A stretch of 64,000 nt of DNA. Source: Candidatus Obscuribacteraceae bacterium (lineage in GTDB: Bacteria > Cyanobacteriota > Vampirovibrionia > Obscuribacterales > Obscuribacteraceae). Where the stretch lies: NCBI GenBank assembly GCA_044229845.1, contig JBGASG010000001.1:864001-928000 (forward strand), given 5' to 3'. Of the stretch, positions 47,405-57,900 are shown in pieces; position 1 is the stretch's first letter, and each line of letters begins with the position of its first letter. A model generated the notes under the pieces. It saw only the letters and a program-made list of their open reading frames with translations, did no database searches and had not been told where the DNA came from. A program made the position numbers and the translations under genes.

Positions 47405-50400
47405 CTACCAGCCCACGCCGTCGTAGACCCAACCCGCCCAGTAGTAGGGATGCTTCCACTTGCCACCGGGGGTTGACTTCACCGACTCTTGCGCCGCCTT
47501 CAATGCGTCGACTGGTTTCATCGGTTTCGTGGGATTCCACAGATTTTGATAGAACGCCTTCATCAATTCTTTTGTGGCCTTGTCATCGACAGACCAGAGT
47601 GACATCAAGACTCCTCGCGTTCCGGCACCGATTAATGCGGCGCGCAGTCCCATCACTCCCTGCCCTTCGTAGTCTTTGCCGCGACCGGTGTTGCAGGCGG
47701 ACAAGACAACGAGATTGCAGTGGCTCAAGTCCTGGCCAACCAACTCCTCAGCGGTAAGCCGATCGTTGTTGCTGCCCGCGATGATGTTCAGGTAGTTGGA
47801 TTTGAATTGGCCACCGCCCAATTTTTGTGCGTCCGGTATTGGTGCCACCAGAAGACCGGACAAGACAAGTGGATTGCGCGAGGCGGCTGCAGCTCTCGTG
47901 TCGATGCCGCCCTGATCTTTGCCGGAGAACCTCACTGTGTCGCCAGGCAATGTCACCAGGGGCACCGTTTTGTCTCGGTCGTCTGCCGGATCGAAGAATC
48001 CGTGCGTGGCAAGGTGTGCATAAGTGGAACTGCTCAAGTGTTTGAGCACCTCATCCTTGGTCGGCTGAAGACCAGTCAACTTCGACACATGAAGCTTCAT
48101 TGGCTCTGCAAGCGCGGCGATTTCGTTGGCTTCGGATTCTGTACCCGGAAGGAAAAGTGCCTTTTGCGCAAACTCGATGCCGCCGATCACAAAGAGATCT
48201 TTTGCTTGAGGAGCTTTATAAGGTGCCCGCAATTGCAGCAGGGCGCGCGGACTGTCGATTTGACAGGTGCGTATGCGGCCGCCTTCGTTGTTATCTATGA
48301 GAACAGACCAGGGCAGGGTCGCAAGTTTTGAGTCGGGGCAAATCCACACTTTTGGAGCGCTTGCCGGGATTGCTGCTTTGATGGGCAACCAAAGTTTCTT
48401 GCCGACGGCATTTGCCAGCTCAGTGCAATTGACGCGGGGTGCATTGGCAGCGTTTGGCGAGTTTGGTTTCTCGTCGTCGTCGGTAATGGAGACATCGCGG
48501 GCGGTGCCAGAGTTCGAAGCCATGGCGTGAAGCCAATCGGTTGACACCTTATCTATGTCGTCGGCATCACCCAGTCGAAATCCCTTGACACCACCTGACT
48601 TAGAAACTGCAAACACGAAGTATGCCGACTTGTTGGTGAGCATATCTTTGTAGCGGAGCATGTCTACTACGACTTCATCGCTGCTCAATGAGCTGGCGAA
48701 CTCGCGAGCTGTTTTGGTGAGCGTTGGATCGATCTCGCCGGTCGCAGTATTTTTGAGGGCGAGTTTGCGTTCGAGCATTTCTTTAATTTCTGTCCGGGTC
48801 TGAATGCCGATCAGATCGGATTGTTGACCGGCACCACCGGCGGAGAGTTTTGAAAGCTCTTGCCTGATGTTTCTGAGGGCGGCGACGGTGTTCGGGTCGC
48901 CGCTGCGTTCCAGGTTGGCCTGTTGTCTGACAGCGTTGATCAAAAGACCCTGCCAGCGCATAACATATTCAAATCGCTTGTCGGCTGACTCAGTTGCCGA
49001 GCCGTATGATAGGAGCGCGTTGATCTGATCGCCTACGCACTTGATAAACGCGCACTGACCTGCAAATGAGAGCTTCGGAAACCCGGACTTTACAAACTCG
49101 TCCAGCTTCTCGCAGGCGGCCAAAACATTTTTATTCGCAACTGCTTGGGCACCAAGTTTGCTGTTAGCGAATGCAATGCCATTGTAGTCCGCCACCAGCC
49201 CAAGAACACCAGCGCTCGACGTGTCTTTGAGATGCAGTTTCAATGCCTGGTTATACTCGGTGTCCGCAAGTTTGTAGTCTTGCTTGGAAAGGGCAAGCCC
49301 GGCAAGCAGCAAGTGCGCCTTTGCTAGTTCGGACTGATCAGTGTAGTTGGGTTGGATGATGCTGGAGAGAATGGTCACCGCTTTTTGCGCGACCGATGCC
49401 GCCTCAGCGGCGTTGTTCGACAAGCTGAGAACTTGTGCTAGTTCCAGTTGATGACTAGCTACCTGACTGTTGCTCAATCGCAGGTTCGATTTCCCACACA
49501 GCTGCCGCGCATAGTTTTCTGCTGCTGCCAGATCGCCTTTGGATCGGGCGACCGACGTGAGGATCTCCAGGCAATTCATGCCGAGCATGTTGTCCTGATA
49601 ATAGGTCGGCCCCCAAAGTTTCTTGCAGAGATCTTCTGCTTCTCTGGCTCTCGACCAAGCTACATCATAGTCACCTTCCAGGCGACACACTCTGGCTCGG
49701 GCAATCAGTGTTCGCACTCTGTTGTCTTGCGGCTGGTTGTGGTTTGCGTACCAAATTTGAGACGCCGCGAAGGTAGCTTCAGCCTTTGCATAGTCTCCGA
49801 GATTTTCAAACAACAGTCCCAATCCGTACTTTTCGCGACCGTTAACAGGCGATACGGATAAGTCACCGTTGGGAGCAAGAGCGCTGAAATTGGCAAGAGC
49901 CAGATTTGCCAGTTCTACCCCCTTCTGCCGCGTTCTCTCATCGCCGGACAAGAGGTAAGCCAGGCGCACCAACGATGCTTGAACGGCTGGTGTCTTGAGG
50001 CGAGCATCTTTTGCATCGCTCAACTTCTTCCAGATTGCATACCCTTCCAGCGCGGGCGGAACATAGTCACCACCCAGCGCCGCCAGTCGATGTGCGATCA
50101 AAAACTTTTCCTGAGCGACGGACGGGCTATCGTTGCCTTCCAGCTTCTGTCTGATCTGCATCGCCTGAACAATGATTGGAATCACCGGCTGCGTCTTGTT
50201 TTTGAAGTATGGATACGCAATTGCAACATCGTCCAGAAACTGGGCGTACTGGACCGAGTTCGGATCCATTTTTGAGCCGTTGTCGGACATTACTTTGCTG
50301 AGATCGGGTGCGATACCAAAAGCTTTTTCGTGAGTTTCGCGTGCGGCGGCGTTCTGAGCTTCTAAAGCAATGTCGATGAAAATGTTTTTGCGAATTAGTG

Positions 50401-50647
50401 CATCGTTGTCTCTGTACTGATTGTAGAGGGGCTCCGCCTCTGTCGGGCGACCCTCCGCGACAAGTATGCCAGCCAAGTCTCGATTGGCTTTCGCCAGCTG
50501 CGCCTCAGGAGCCTTATTTTTAGTGAGCTGCTCAATTTGCGCACGGGCAGCCTTTTCGGCGTCCTGCAGTTTCTTGTTGGTTTCCTGGGCATCCACCTGG
50601 CAGGCACAGGAAAGTGCCGCCGCTACGAGAAGTACCAGTCTCTTCAT
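47405..50647 (-). CDS. TPR-CHAT protease, signal peptide
   Basis: ICPDS.L..LPW, LPGT..E, HLATHGF (His), LVVLSAC.TG (Cys), SLW.V.D, AL..AQ, HPYYWAG. Confidence 0.92.
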   Translation of the reverse strand: MKRLVLLVAAALSCACQVDAQETNKKLQDAEKAARAQIEQLTKNKAPEAQLAKANRDLAGILVAEGRPTEAEPLYNQYRDNDALIRKNIFIDIALEAQNAAARETHEKAFGIAPDLSKVMSDNGSKMDPNSVQYAQFLDDVAIAYPYFKNKTQPVIPIIVQAMQIRQKLEGNDSPSVAQEKFLIAHRLAALGGDYVPPALEGYAIWKKLSDAKDARLKTPAVQASLVRLAYLLSGDERTRQKGVELANLALANFSALAPNGDLSVSPVNGREKYGLGLLFENLGDYAKAEATFAASQIWYANHNQPQDNRVRTLIARARVCRLEGDYDVAWSRAREAEDLCKKLWGPTYYQDNMLGMNCLEILTSVARSKGDLAAAENYARQLCGKSNLRLSNSQVASHQLELAQVLSLSNNAAEAASVAQKAVTILSSIIQPNYTDQSELAKAHLLLAGLALSKQDYKLADTEYNQALKLHLKDTSSAGVLGLVADYNGIAFANSKLGAQAVANKNVLAACEKLDEFVKSGFPKLSFAGQCAFIKCVGDQINALLSYGSATESADKRFEYVMRWQGLLINAVRQQANLERSGDPNTVAALRNIRQELSKLSAGGAGQQSDLIGIQTRTEIKEMLERKLALKNTATGEIDPTLTKTAREFASSLSSDEVVVDMLRYKDMLTNKSAYFVFAVSKSGGVKGFRLGDADDIDKVSTDWLHAMASNSGTARDVSITDDDEKPNSPNAANAPRVNCTELANAVGKKLWLPIKAAIPASAPKVWICPDSKLATLPWSVLIDNNEGGRIRTCQIDSPRALLQLRAPYKAPQAKDLFVIGGIEFAQKALFLPGTESEANEIAALAEPMKLHVSKLTGLQPTKDEVLKHLSSSTYAHLATHGFFDPADDRDKTVPLVTLPGDTVRFSGKDQGGIDTRAAAASRNPLVLSGLLVAPIPDAQKLGGGQFKSNYLNIIAGSNNDRLTAEELVGQDLSHCNLVVLSACNTGRGKDYEGQGVMGLRAALIGAGTRGVLMSLWSVDDKATKELMKAFYQNLWNPTKPMKPVDALKAAQESVKSTPGGKWKHPYYWAGWVYDGVGW

Positions 50648-50695
50648 ATCTCGCTGTTCCTCCACACTGCCAAAGACCAAGCGCTGTCAAGAAAC

Positions 50696-53600
50696 TTACC
50701 AACCCACTCCGTCGAAGACCCAGCCTGCCCAGTAATAGGGATGCTTCCATTTGCCACCAGGAGCCGACCTGACGGTGTTCTGAGCGGCTCTCAACGCGGC
50801 TACGGGTTGCATCGGATTGGTTGGGTTCCAAAGATTCTGGTAGAAGTTCTTCATCAACTCTTTGGTTGCGCGATCATCAACCGGCCAGAGAGACATCAGC
50901 ACTCCGCGTGCACCGGCTCCGATCAGTGCGGCGCGCAGCCCCATCACACCCTGCCCTTCGTAATCTTTGCCGCGACCGGTGTTGCATGCGGATAGAACAA
51001 CCAGGTTACAGTGGCTGAGATCTTGGCCGACCAGTTCTTCGGCCGTCAGTCGGTCGTTGGCGTTCACATTGGCGCCCTGGGCTGGTGCTACGAGCAAGCC
51101 TGACATTACGAGCGGGTTTCGTGCGGATATCACAGCCGTGGTGTTGAGTCCGCCCTCTCCTGTGGAAACTGTCGCGAAGCTTCTCTGCGACGCCAACAAC
51201 TGATCTGCGACAGTTTGTGCATGTTGCTGACTGATTGTTTTTTCGTCACCTTGATCGAAAAAGCCGTGAGTAGCAAGGTGCGCATAAGTTGCCGTCCCGA
51301 GTTGTCTCAAAACTTCGTTCTTTGTCGGCTCAGCACCGGTCAGTTTCGACAGATGCAGTTTCATCGGCTCGGCAAGTTTCGAAATGTCGGCGACTTCAGA
51401 TTCGGTGCCGGGAAGAAACAGAGATTGTTGAGCGAACCGAATACCGCCAACCAACAGGAGATCTTGCGCGACCGGAGTCTGGTGTGGCGCTTTGAGCTGC
51501 CACCAAGCCCTGGGGCTATCGATTTGGCTAGTCAGTACCTGTCCGTTTTCCACTGAATCCACCATGGTGGACCACGGCAAAGTGGCTAGCTGGGAATCCG
51601 GGCAAATCCACACTCGGCGTATGCCGGGAGGCAGTGCAGCTTTTATCGGCGTCCACAGTTTTTGTGTGACGGTGCCGGTAGCGGCATCCAGGTCGATCTG
51701 AGTTTTGGCAGGCTCAGCTGATTTGGGATCTTCATCCAAGATCGACACGTCACGGGTGCTGCCGGAATTGGATGCCATTGCCTGCAGCCACTGGGCGGAC
51801 AGCTTTTCGATGTCATCCGCATCTCCCAGACGGAATCCTTTGACACCGGCTTTCTTCGAAACTACGAAAGCGTAATATGCAGGTTTGTTAGCGAGCAAAT
51901 CTTTATAGCGCAGTACGTCCACCAGAGCTTCGTCGTTTGCCAGTGAATTGACAAAGTCACGTGGAGTCAGCGTTAGCATCGGATCGGTGGTGGCAGTGGT
52001 GACCGTGGTGCTGAGAGCGAGTTTACGCTCCAATGCCTCCTTCGCTTCGGTCTTGGTTTGAATCGCAGCCGCAGTAGATGCAGCTTGATTATTCATGCCG
52101 CCGCCCGATGAAAGTTGCGACAACTCTTGTCTGATTTGTCGCAGTTGCGCGACAGTCTGCGGATCACCGCTGCGCTCGATACTGGTCTGTCGCCTCACCG
52201 CATCTATGAGTAGACCTTGCCAGCGCATCACATATTTGAATGGTTCAGCAGCAGTATCGCCAGTAGTGCCGAGCGAAAGCAGCGGATTGATCTCATCGCG
52301 TACACATTTGATAAACGCGCATTGTTCAGCAAAGGAAAGTTCTGGAAACCCGGTTTTGATGTAGGTGTCCAGTTTGTCGCAGGCGAGCAGCGCATTTTCA
52401 ATGGCGGCTTGTTTCTTGCCGAGCTTGCTGCCGGTGAAAGCTATGCCATTCAAGTCTGCCACCAATCCCAATACTCCGTCGGTGGACTTATCGGTGCCGT
52501 GTAGAATAAATGCCTGTCTGTACTCTGCATCGGCGAGCTTATAATCTTGCTTCGCCAGCGCCAGACCACCCAATAGAAGGTGCGCCTTAGCCAACTCGAT
52601 CTCATCGTATGAGGTCTTCTCTCTCAGGTTCGAGAGAATTGAGACTGCGTCCTGAGCATATCTGGTGGCTTCGCTTTTGTCGTTGCCCATGCTCAACACC
52701 TGAGCTAGCGCCAGATAGTGGCGTGCCATATCACTGTTTTGCTGCAGCCATTTGGTTTTCAGTGTCAGCATACGCGCGTAAAGTTCGGCCGCTTCCAGAT
52801 CTCCTCTGGCTCTGGCGATCGCCGTCAGTGTCTCCAGGCACATCATCCCGGCGACGTTTTCCTGATAGTGGGTAACTCCCCAATTCTTTTGACAGATCGC
52901 TTCAGCGGCTTTTGCTTTTTGCCAAGCAACATCGTAGTCGCGTTCGAGATAACAAATTCGTGCATCAGCAATGGCGGTGCGCGCCGTGCCTGTGGGATCG
53001 TTGTGAGCCTGAAACCAGAGGTTCGCTTTTTCATAAGCGGTACGTGCCTGCCCGAATTCTCCTAGATTCTCGTACAGGAGTCCGAATCCGCCCCATTCGC
53101 GGCCGGCATTCGGCGAATCCGGAGCAAGGTTTGCGCGGGCTAAAGTTGCCATTTCCAACGCTTGCGATTTGGTCTCGGCATTTCCGGCAAGCAGGTACGC
53201 AAGCCGCAGGATGGAAGGCTGAAATGACTTGAGACGCACATCGTGTCTGTCGCGCAATTTTACCCAAATCTTGTATGCGTCCAGAGCGGGAGCTGTGTAA
53301 TCACCTCCGAGATTGGCGAGACGCACGGCGATTTGGAATTTGTCGTCGGCAATTCTTGGCGTATCGGGACCTTCAACACGCAGCCTGATCTGAATGGCTT
53401 CTTCAAGCAAGGGAATCAGGGGCTGTCGTTTGATGCGAAAGTTTGGATAGGCAAAGCCAACGGATTCCAAAAAATCAGCGTACGCCAGAGAACGTGAATT
53501 AACACCGCCATTAGGATCAAGTCGGGCTTTGGTGTCTGCGATGGTTTTAGCGAGATCGACGGCGTTGCCGCCAAACTTGCTTTTATAGACGCTGGTGGCC

Positions 53601-54649
53601 ATTGCGCTCTGGGTTTCTATGACCACATCAATAAAAACGTTCTTTCGCACCTGTCTTTTGTTGGCTATGCTCACGTAAGCCTGGTTGTAATAAGGTTCTG
53701 CCTCTCCGAGACGTCCCAACTCGACCAGTGCCCGGCCCAGTTCCTTAAGTGGATCTTCCAGTTCGGAGGCGGTGGCTTTGGACTTGATCAGCAAATCCAA
53801 CTGAGTGCGGTATGCCTTTTCCGCCGCCTGCAGGTTTCCTTTCCTTCTATTGAGCTTTCCGAGGTCGCCATACAGATAGGCACAAGTCGTACTTGACGCC
53901 AGGTTATTCTTCGTCAAAATGTCGATGGCTTTTGTGTAGCTGGCTTCCGCCTGTGTGTAGTCACTACGCATGTAATAACAGTCGCCCAGATACTCGACGG
54001 CAGTCGCCAGCGAGTCGGGGTCGTTCAATGAATTGCGGTGTTCTCTTAGTGCGATTACTTGCTTGTAGACCTTCTCTGCTCGGTCGTATTGGCGCCGATA
54101 CTTGTATATGTCCGCCAGGCAGGAGAGGGGATAAGCAGCTTCCACACTATTGGGACCCCAGATGGCTAGAGCCCGTTCTAGAAGCGGCTCTGCCTCGGTA
54201 TCGCGAAATTGTCCAGAGAACAGCGAGCCTAGCTGTGCGAAAGCGCCGGCTTGAAGGTCCACCAATGCCGATTCGATCTGCTTCGGCGTAAGTCCCCGAT
54301 CGCGCAGAGTCTTTGTTCTAGGAGGCTTTAACTCAGCGATCTTGACGGCCCGTTCTGCATTCTTTTGTGCATCGGTCAACAAATTGTCCGAATTGTAAGC
54401 CCGGCTCAATGCTACTAAAACAGGAATCAATTCGACTGTTTCTGGGTCTTTTGCTTCTATTTGCTTAATCAGTGCCAGCAGTTTGGTTTGCGCGCCTTTG
54501 TAATTGCCCGAATCCTGGTCTGCCATCGCTGCAGCGAACGCATCCTGCGAAGAAGACCCTGCAGAAGCTGTTTCTCCAGCGGATGAAATCGGCATCGTGC
54601 TTGCCAATAGCAGCATCGCGCAGCAAAGGGTGACTAGAAATCTCGGCAT
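50696..54649 (-). CDS. TPR-CHAT protease, signal peptide (paralog with extra N-terminal TPRs)
   Basis: Same CHAT motifs as the neighbour; N-terminal TPR repeats. Confidence 0.92.
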   Translation of the reverse strand: MPRFLVTLCCAMLLLASTMPISSAGETASAGSSSQDAFAAAMADQDSGNYKGAQTKLLALIKQIEAKDPETVELIPVLVALSRAYNSDNLLTDAQKNAERAVKIAELKPPRTKTLRDRGLTPKQIESALVDLQAGAFAQLGSLFSGQFRDTEAEPLLERALAIWGPNSVEAAYPLSCLADIYKYRRQYDRAEKVYKQVIALREHRNSLNDPDSLATAVEYLGDCYYMRSDYTQAEASYTKAIDILTKNNLASSTTCAYLYGDLGKLNRRKGNLQAAEKAYRTQLDLLIKSKATASELEDPLKELGRALVELGRLGEAEPYYNQAYVSIANKRQVRKNVFIDVVIETQSAMATSVYKSKFGGNAVDLAKTIADTKARLDPNGGVNSRSLAYADFLESVGFAYPNFRIKRQPLIPLLEEAIQIRLRVEGPDTPRIADDKFQIAVRLANLGGDYTAPALDAYKIWVKLRDRHDVRLKSFQPSILRLAYLLAGNAETKSQALEMATLARANLAPDSPNAGREWGGFGLLYENLGEFGQARTAYEKANLWFQAHNDPTGTARTAIADARICYLERDYDVAWQKAKAAEAICQKNWGVTHYQENVAGMMCLETLTAIARARGDLEAAELYARMLTLKTKWLQQNSDMARHYLALAQVLSMGNDKSEATRYAQDAVSILSNLREKTSYDEIELAKAHLLLGGLALAKQDYKLADAEYRQAFILHGTDKSTDGVLGLVADLNGIAFTGSKLGKKQAAIENALLACDKLDTYIKTGFPELSFAEQCAFIKCVRDEINPLLSLGTTGDTAAEPFKYVMRWQGLLIDAVRRQTSIERSGDPQTVAQLRQIRQELSQLSSGGGMNNQAASTAAAIQTKTEAKEALERKLALSTTVTTATTDPMLTLTPRDFVNSLANDEALVDVLRYKDLLANKPAYYAFVVSKKAGVKGFRLGDADDIEKLSAQWLQAMASNSGSTRDVSILDEDPKSAEPAKTQIDLDAATGTVTQKLWTPIKAALPPGIRRVWICPDSQLATLPWSTMVDSVENGQVLTSQIDSPRAWWQLKAPHQTPVAQDLLLVGGIRFAQQSLFLPGTESEVADISKLAEPMKLHLSKLTGAEPTKNEVLRQLGTATYAHLATHGFFDQGDEKTISQQHAQTVADQLLASQRSFATVSTGEGGLNTTAVISARNPLVMSGLLVAPAQGANVNANDRLTAEELVGQDLSHCNLVVLSACNTGRGKDYEGQGVMGLRAALIGAGARGVLMSLWPVDDRATKELMKNFYQNLWNPTNPMQPVAALRAAQNTVRSAPGGKWKHPYYWAGWVFDGVGW

Positions 54650-54903
54650 GGTATAGCGTCTTGCGAGGAAGCAGGAACGAATTATATCGTTTTGGCAGTG
54701 CCTGTGTTGTCTTTAAGCAACATATTTAGTAATCAAGAGGCGTCAAGTCCGCGCTTTGGATGACACTACGGGTGGTATTACCAGGACGGACACCAGAGGC
54801 GGCTTTTCGATTTCCAGACTTCTTGCCGACTCGACAGGCAAGCCCTGTGAGTGGCATGATAATATCAACGAGATAGATCTCACAATGAGTGGCGGTCGCC
54901 AGC

Positions 54904-57900
54904 ATGTTGAATCGGGTCTCAGCGCTAAGAATACTCGTTGCAATCGTGATTGCCGTGTCCCTCGGCGGGTGTAGCAGCCTGGTCGAGAAAGTTAAATCGC
55001 TCAGCCCCTTCGGCAAATCTAAAGTCCAGCGCAATGACCTTCGCCTGATTATCGATCGTGGGCACGACGGCGACATCATGGCCATCAAGTTCAATCCGTC
55101 TGGAAAATTGCTCGCCAGCGGCAGCGACGACCGGACTGTAAAAATCTGGGATGTGCCAAACCAGTGCGAACTGCGTACTATCGAGACGGGCTTCAAAGTA
55201 ATCGCGATTGCCTTCAGCCATGATGGCACGCTGATCGCAGCCGGCAGCTACGAGAACAAAGAAAAGAATCACTGTCCCATACAAGTGTGGAATGCCTTGA
55301 CCGGCGAGAAGGTCATGGAATTCTTCACTGACGATACCGGAGTTAACGATCTGGCATTTACTCCGGATGACAAATCATTGGCTGTCACATGTACGCGTGG
55401 CAAAGACAAGCAAAAAGACGGCGCTGCGGTGCGTTTCTGGAACATAAAGACCGGCAAGTGCACGGAGACTTTCTACGGACCGGAGGAGCACTCTTGCAAC
55501 AGTCTTTGTTTTAGTCCAGATGGTGAAAATCTGGTAGGCACTACATCTGGTGGACTCATCACCGTATGGAACGTGTCTGATCAGAAGAAGTTGAAAAGTT
55601 TTGACTGCGACTTTGAAGATGCTACCCGCGCTGTAGTGACCTATAGCCCCGACGGGAAGACGCTTGGACTGCTTAATGCCACCAAAGTGGTTCTCATAAA
55701 CATTGAAGACGGGACGAAAAAATCCGTGACGCTGCCAGGAAAAGTGGATCAGCCGAGCATTGCCTTCAGCCCGAACGGAAAAGCCGTCATTGCCACCACC
55801 AAAGACATGATTTACATGTTGAGCACGGACGACTTGCACGAGATTCTCAGAAAGGACAGAGAAACGAAAGCTGTTGCGTTTGCGCCTAATGGTCGGTGCT
55901 TTGCCACCAGTCGCGCAGACCATATCTCAGTCTACGATTCGGGAGACGCCGAGAGATGGTATTCATTGGGTCTTGACGGACCGCCGATGTCTATGGCGGA
56001 TTTCTCGTTCAGTCCTGATGGCAAGAGCATCGTCACTTGCGAAGCAAACGCGAAACTCTGGGATCTTACGGGCAAGCGTAACGTCCGCATGTTCGACTAT
56101 CAGGAAGCCGCCATCAGTCCGGATGGCTCTTTGATTGCGGTCGGCGGATATGTTTTCATGCACGGCTATACCAATACTGTTGAGATCAGAAACACGCAGA
56201 CTGGCGGCATCCTTCGCACGATTAAAACGGCAGGACCAGTGCAGCAGCTCTGTTTCTCCAGTGACGGCAAACATATCTTCAGCATCGATGAAGAGGAGAG
56301 GAATCGGAAAGGCGACTACGGAGCCTCCATGGTTCAGAGCTTTGATGTGGCGACCGGAAAGGAGACTTTGCGAGTCGCTTACAAGGATAAGGAGTACGAT
56401 ACGCCCTGGGAGATGGATTCGAAGACTGACACAGCTGCCTGCCCCAGGAAAGCCGGCATCGATATAATCGACATGCGCACGGGCAAGACGAAATCCAGTG
56501 TCAAGTCGACGGGCGACATCAACATGGACCTCTCCGAGGGTGCTAAGTTTCTTTCGGTGGTACAGGTGCATGACCTTTGTGTTCATGATCTCGAGCACGG
56601 CAACCGCGTGATCATGAAATTGACCGAGCCGAAAGATTACATCAGGACCGTCGGCTCCCTGGCGATTTCGCCGGACGGCAAGACGCTGGTGACTTCCAGT
56701 CGCAGTGAGAATGCCACCCGTGTCTGGAGTGTCCCGGACGGCAAGCTTCTCGACACGCTTGACGGAACAGCCGGCATAGTCAGGTTCAGTCCGGACGGTT
56801 CGCTGCTCGGAAGCGCCGAAAATCGCATGTTGGTGCTCAGGAAGACGGACGATTGGACCGAGCTTGCCAAAATAGTGCCTCTCGCTCACAGCGAATGGGT
56901 GGTTCTGGATCCTGAAGGAAGATTCGATTCATCCAAGAGAGGGCGAATGGTTATTCACTTCGCCAAAGGCACCGCTTTCCTGTCGCTCGACCAGCTGTGG
57001 AGTCAGTATTATCAACCCAACTTGTTGTCCAGGTTGGTAGGCTTCAACTCCGAGCCACTGCGGGCTGCTCCTGCCATGACTGATATCGGACTGGCGCCCG
57101 AAGTGGAGTTGGAACCGCCGGCGAAAGGGTCTGGTGTGCTGAACATCAAGATCAAGAAACGCGACGGCGGCTTAGGCAAAGTGGTTGTTCGCGTCAACGG
57201 CAAGGAGTTGCCGGCGCAGGCGCAGCCACGCGCTTTGGATCTGGGAGGGACTGACGTTAAGGTGCGGGCAGACCTGATGCAGGCTGCATCCGCGGAGTAT
57301 GGCAAGACAAATAAGGTGAGCGTCGTTGTCTACAACGCCGACGGCACCATGACCAGTCGCGATTGCCAGGTCTCGTGGGCGGCACCGGAGACGGAGGCTG
57401 AGCCAGCTCATGCGAAGCCGGAACTCTATGCCATCATATGTGGTACTTCCAAGTACAAGAACTCGCGGCTGAATTTGACGTTTCCTGCAAAAGACGCGAC
57501 GGATTTCAGCAAGTCTCTGGAGATTGGTGCGCCTTCGCTCTTCGGTACCGAGAAGGTGCATATCATCCTGCTGACGACGGATAGCGAGTCAGATGAGACA
57601 CCGACCAAGGCTCACCTCGAAGCCGCTTTTGCCGCGGCCAAAAAATCGCGGCCGGACGATGTGTTTGTCGTGTACATGGCTGGTCATGGCGTTACCGTCA
57701 AGGAACCGGCTGACACGTACTACTACCTGCTCACAGATGCGGAGAGCGCAGATTTATCTAATAAGAAACTGCGAGACGCCAGCACCGTTTCCAGCGAGGA
57801 ACTGGCTGACTGGATCACGAGAATTCCTGCGAAACACCAGGTAATGATCTTCGATACGTGTGGTGCAGGAGGATTGATCAAGAAACTGGCGCAACGTCGA

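Noticed and set aside
47405..54649. Craspase (type III-E) or gasdermin-associated CHAT system
   Set aside because: No Cas7-11, CRISPR array or gasdermin-like ORF recognised; the proteins carry signal peptides
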